In this document: in pieces, positions 60,720 through 64,000 of the stretch
Layout: each line of letters starts with the position of its first letter
Numbering within the stretch: position 1 is the stretch's first letter
NCBI RefSeq assembly: GCF_000143415.4
Contig: NW_003314262.1
Span: 3,916,021-3,980,020 of the forward strand
Source: Selaginella moellendorffii
Taxonomy: Eukaryota > Plantae > Lycopodiophyta
DNA: 64,000 bases
Direction of reading: 5' to 3'
Translations under genes and position numbers: made by a program
The notes under the pieces: generated by a model
Databases searched by the model: none
Told to the model about the DNA's origin: nothing
The model's input: only the letters and a program-made list of their open reading frames with translations

Positions 60720-62540
60720 GTGGTCGTCCACTGGTATGCTAGCATACCAGCTGTGGGAGGCAACACCCAAGCCCACTTGACACCCGGGCTCACTCAGCCC
60801 GCAGCCCAATCGAGTGCCCGGGCTAGGCCACATGGGCCAATTTGCCGGCGTACCAGCTTGGCCCACACCCGCACTTCACCGCATGCTTAGGCCATGTGAG
60901 CTAGTTCACCAGCATATTGTACCAGCCCACATGGCCTGGCCCACATGGCTGAGCCTAAGCACTCAGCTAGGCACTTAGCACAGGCCAGGCCACACAGGCT
61001 CGTTCCCTGGCATATCAGCCTAGCCCACACGGTGCCCCACTGAGTGCCTAGGCTGGGCTGCATGGGCTAGTACAGTACACCAGCGAACTGGCCCGTGTGG
61101 TCTAGGCCGGGGCCTGTAGCGCACCTGAATTTGGAGCCGAACTCCAAGCCCATTGTGCTACAAAATGAGGGTCCGGTACAATCCCATGAGCACCAGCTCC
61201 CCGTATTCAGCACCTGCACGCAAAATGGTGTCAGACGGAGTCTGGCACAATTTTGGCATACCGGTGGCCTAACGCAAGGAGGAGGGTGCTTCACCGACTA
61301 GAGCAGCGTGGAGCTTGGGCTTAGACCCAAGCTGGATGCAGAACAAGGAGCAACACAGCCCAGCGGGAGCTAAACTAATGTCTCAGGTGGTCGGACATGC
61401 ATTCCAACCACTATCCCTACTATACATTTGGAACTCCCCATAGCCTCCCCCCCTTGAGGGACACACGCTTTGGGCTTTCACCCCAAGCCTCCCTTAGTAC
61501 CAGGAGTTAGTCTCTGGGACAAGTTCGAAACTTGCTAAATATGGAATGGCCTTAGATTGCGAATTTGGACACAAGACGAACACCATTGTGTTTAGGCTGA
61601 CCTCTACATTCCGTAGATATGCCAAATGAACGAATCTAGACACTTTCCATAAATAGCATTTAGGACCGAAACGAGACTAACACAAAGGGCGTGATAGCGA
61701 GGGTGTTTGGCAAACACGGTAAGCTATCATCTAGCGAATATTGAGGGACTAGTCTCAATATCGCGGGGGCTCCCAACACTAGCAAGTGCAAGTTAACATC
61801 ATGAGTTTCTCATCACCGTGTCAAGTATGCTTGACTTAATGACAACTTAGGATTTCCTTCCTTAGTGCCCTTCCGGTCTAAGTGCACATGTGCTGACCAG
61901 TTTCTCAACTAGCTTGGGCGGAGACTATAAAGGGAACCAGCAGTACCGACCTCCTGCCGTCGTGGTAGTAAGGAGAGAGAGTCCGTAAGTACTAGCCGAC
62001 AAGTATCTTTTGATACCCGAAGTCACATTCGCGACAAGGCCGCACCCACACTTTGCCGACTGCCTAGGCTGCGCAGGCCAATTCACCGGCATATCGTACC
62101 AGCCCACGTGGCTTGGCCCACATGGCCCAGCCCGGGCACTCACCCAGTCACTCGGCATGGGCCGAGCCGATACCCCGGCAAACCAGCCCAACCACTGCGG
62201 TATGCCATGCCATGCAGTGCCCTGCACGTCGCTGTGTGGCACACCACACATCCCAGTGCCTGGCCAAGTGCTTGGGCCAGTCCGCGTTGGCCTGGCCACG
62301 TGGGCTGGTTGCCAGCATACTGGCCCAGCCCACTGTGGTGTGCCATGCCGTGCAGCGCACTGTGTGTCACCTTGCAGTGCACTGCACTTTGCCATGCCAC
62401 ACGCCAACACAGCTCTGTGGCTTACATGTGCCGTGTGAAGCATGCAGCACGGTGGTGCTAGGCGCTGCAACGCGGTGGCACGGTGGTGCTGTGGCATGGC
62501 AGTGCTGTGCACTGTAGCGTGGCGGCACTGGATGCTATAA
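60720..62540. repeat. GC-rich degenerate repeat region (GGCCCACATGGC-type units), split by a solo LTR
   Basis: 60860-60990 and 62038-62170 are diverged direct copies; many short direct and inverted units. Confidence 0.7.
61115..62036. mobile_element. Solo LTR (922 bp)
   Basis: TGTAGC...GCGACA termini with GGGCC/AGGCC flanks. Contains the ccctactatac..tggaac..cccccc..cgctttgggctttcaccc motif shared with LTR 3460-4835. Confidence 0.75.
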
Positions 62541-64000
62541 TGCTTGGTGTTGAGGTGAAGATTGAGGTGGAGTAATGAGGAAGTAGAGGAGAAAAAAAAA
62601 GGACTTATTCTTGGTGGTTGTTTTTGACGTCGATGGATCCCACAGTCACTCCCAATCTCCTAATGCCGGTGGCTGCCCTAACCCTAACCTAACTTTTATT
62701 ACAGCCTTTCATTATGGATGCAGTAAATCTCCATTTTTTTTGTAATTATTTGCTATCTACAATTTCTATTTTGTCCTAGATTTGATCACGTGACAAAGTC
62801 CTTTTGAATTATAACTTAATAATAGAGGTGTGCCATAATATGGAAATAATATCACAGCTGCATGTGTTGAATTGATCACAATATGAAATTATAAATGAGA
62901 ATTATGTGTTTCTTGCACATCATAAAATCTTATCATCAAATATAGGGTTCTTAAAATCATAAGGTATTATTTCCAAAGCAATGTGATAGATAATTTACCA
63001 TAGGTGATAGATGGTAGTACAAAAATGGAATATATTTAAATGAGTTCAGAAGAATGTGATGATTTCTGGCTTTAATGAAGTACTGAAAATATTTTAATTT
63101 ATTTGGCAACAGTTGGTCGATAGTAGATCCTAGAATAAAATCATTTCTATCTTTTACATTATCGCACATGCTTTAGGTGATATTTCTTTCTGTTCTGCCA
63201 AAAGTTACTCTATATAATAACTTTGAGCATGTTTTTGAATTTAATTTATACAGACTTTTAATATTGTACAACATAGTCCTTTATACTTCATATAGACTTT
63301 ATTACAACAATGTTATTCAATGTTAGATCCTAGAATAAAATCACCCTTACTTTTCACATAATGGCATAACACATGTTTGAGGTGACATTTCTTTTCATTC
63401 TAACTCTAACTTTGAGCCTGACTTTGAGCATATTTTTTAATCAAGTAAAAAGATTGGAAGACAATGTGGAGTCTTTTTATATGTGATAGTCTTTTTATAC
63501 TTTTGATAGACCTTATCATAAAAGTTCAAACATCCAAAACCTAAAGGCAATAAAACAGAGAGTTTTTTTTTTGCATTACCAAAATCACCCACCGCTCTTT
63601 TTCTCCCAAAGTCTTATTTCAAAAAGTTTTCTTTACTAACGTTTCAATCTTTCTCTTAGTTCTCTATCATTAAAGGCTGTGATTCACAACAACATTGGTG
63701 TAGTTGAATGATCAGAATTTCTTCTTTAAGTGTGGGTGAAGGTGGACAACATTGGGATTTACAACATTCCAAGTTCAAGGAGATTCGAGTTTTTGAATCT
63801 CCAATCAAAGCATGAGGCTACGATTCTGCCAAAGTGATTGTGAAGCAAGAGTCAGTTGTCATTATTTCTTCCTCTTTTAGTTCTAGTGGAGATGCTAGTT
63901 TAGTGTGTAAGCAACCAAAGAGAACCACTTGAGAGACAATCCATAGGGTTCAAATATAAAGGGAAAGGGCCCATGAACAAGAGTGCATCCCCTTTTTCAA

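Noticed and set aside
61925-62517. Cys/His/Trp-rich ORFs in several frames
   Set aside because: By-products of GC-rich degenerate repeats spanning an LTR junction.
63120-63440. About 200-bp diverged tandem duplication (tagatcctagaataaaatca)
   Set aside because: Real, but an ordinary AT-rich repeat with no further structure seen.

Overview
Eukaryotic land-plant nuclear DNA, most likely a Selaginella lycophyte. This is an inference from the very short 50-80 bp introns, tiny intergenic spacers and intronless PLS-class PPR genes rich in short S/SS motifs. There are two 100-N gaps (9477-9576, 44713-44812). 0.3-12.3 kb is an old Ty3/gypsy LTR retrotransposon with a second LTR element nested in its pol gene. 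14-55 kb is a compact gene island: two inverted ELIP paralogues, five PLS/E-type PPR genes, an AAE15/16-like acyl-activating enzyme, a BAHD acyltransferase, a small DUF3245-like gene, a zinc-finger-less KIN17-like gene, a SPOUT1/C9orf114 methyltransferase, a PhnP-like metallo-beta-lactamase, JMJ30/JMJD5 and PI synthase. It also holds tRNA-Ala and tRNA-Asp pseudogene candidates and several reshuffled lineage-specific duplicates. 55.7-64 kb is repeat-rich. Three features are not visible as such in the ORF track: (1) a decayed, intron-containing gene joining a ParB-like motif to a prokaryote-type beta-class N6A/N4C DNA methyltransferase (57.2-60.7 kb); (2) a frameshifted Crinkler-like P-loop NTPase plus restriction-endonuclease-fold gene (47-48.6 kb), with a separate three-copy REase-like family; (3) 32-35 bp spacers directly upstream of three PPR start codons (two head-to-head ATG-to-ATG pairs, one stop-to-start gap), each holding a telo-box-like motif. 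All domain calls come from manual motif reading; no database search was run.
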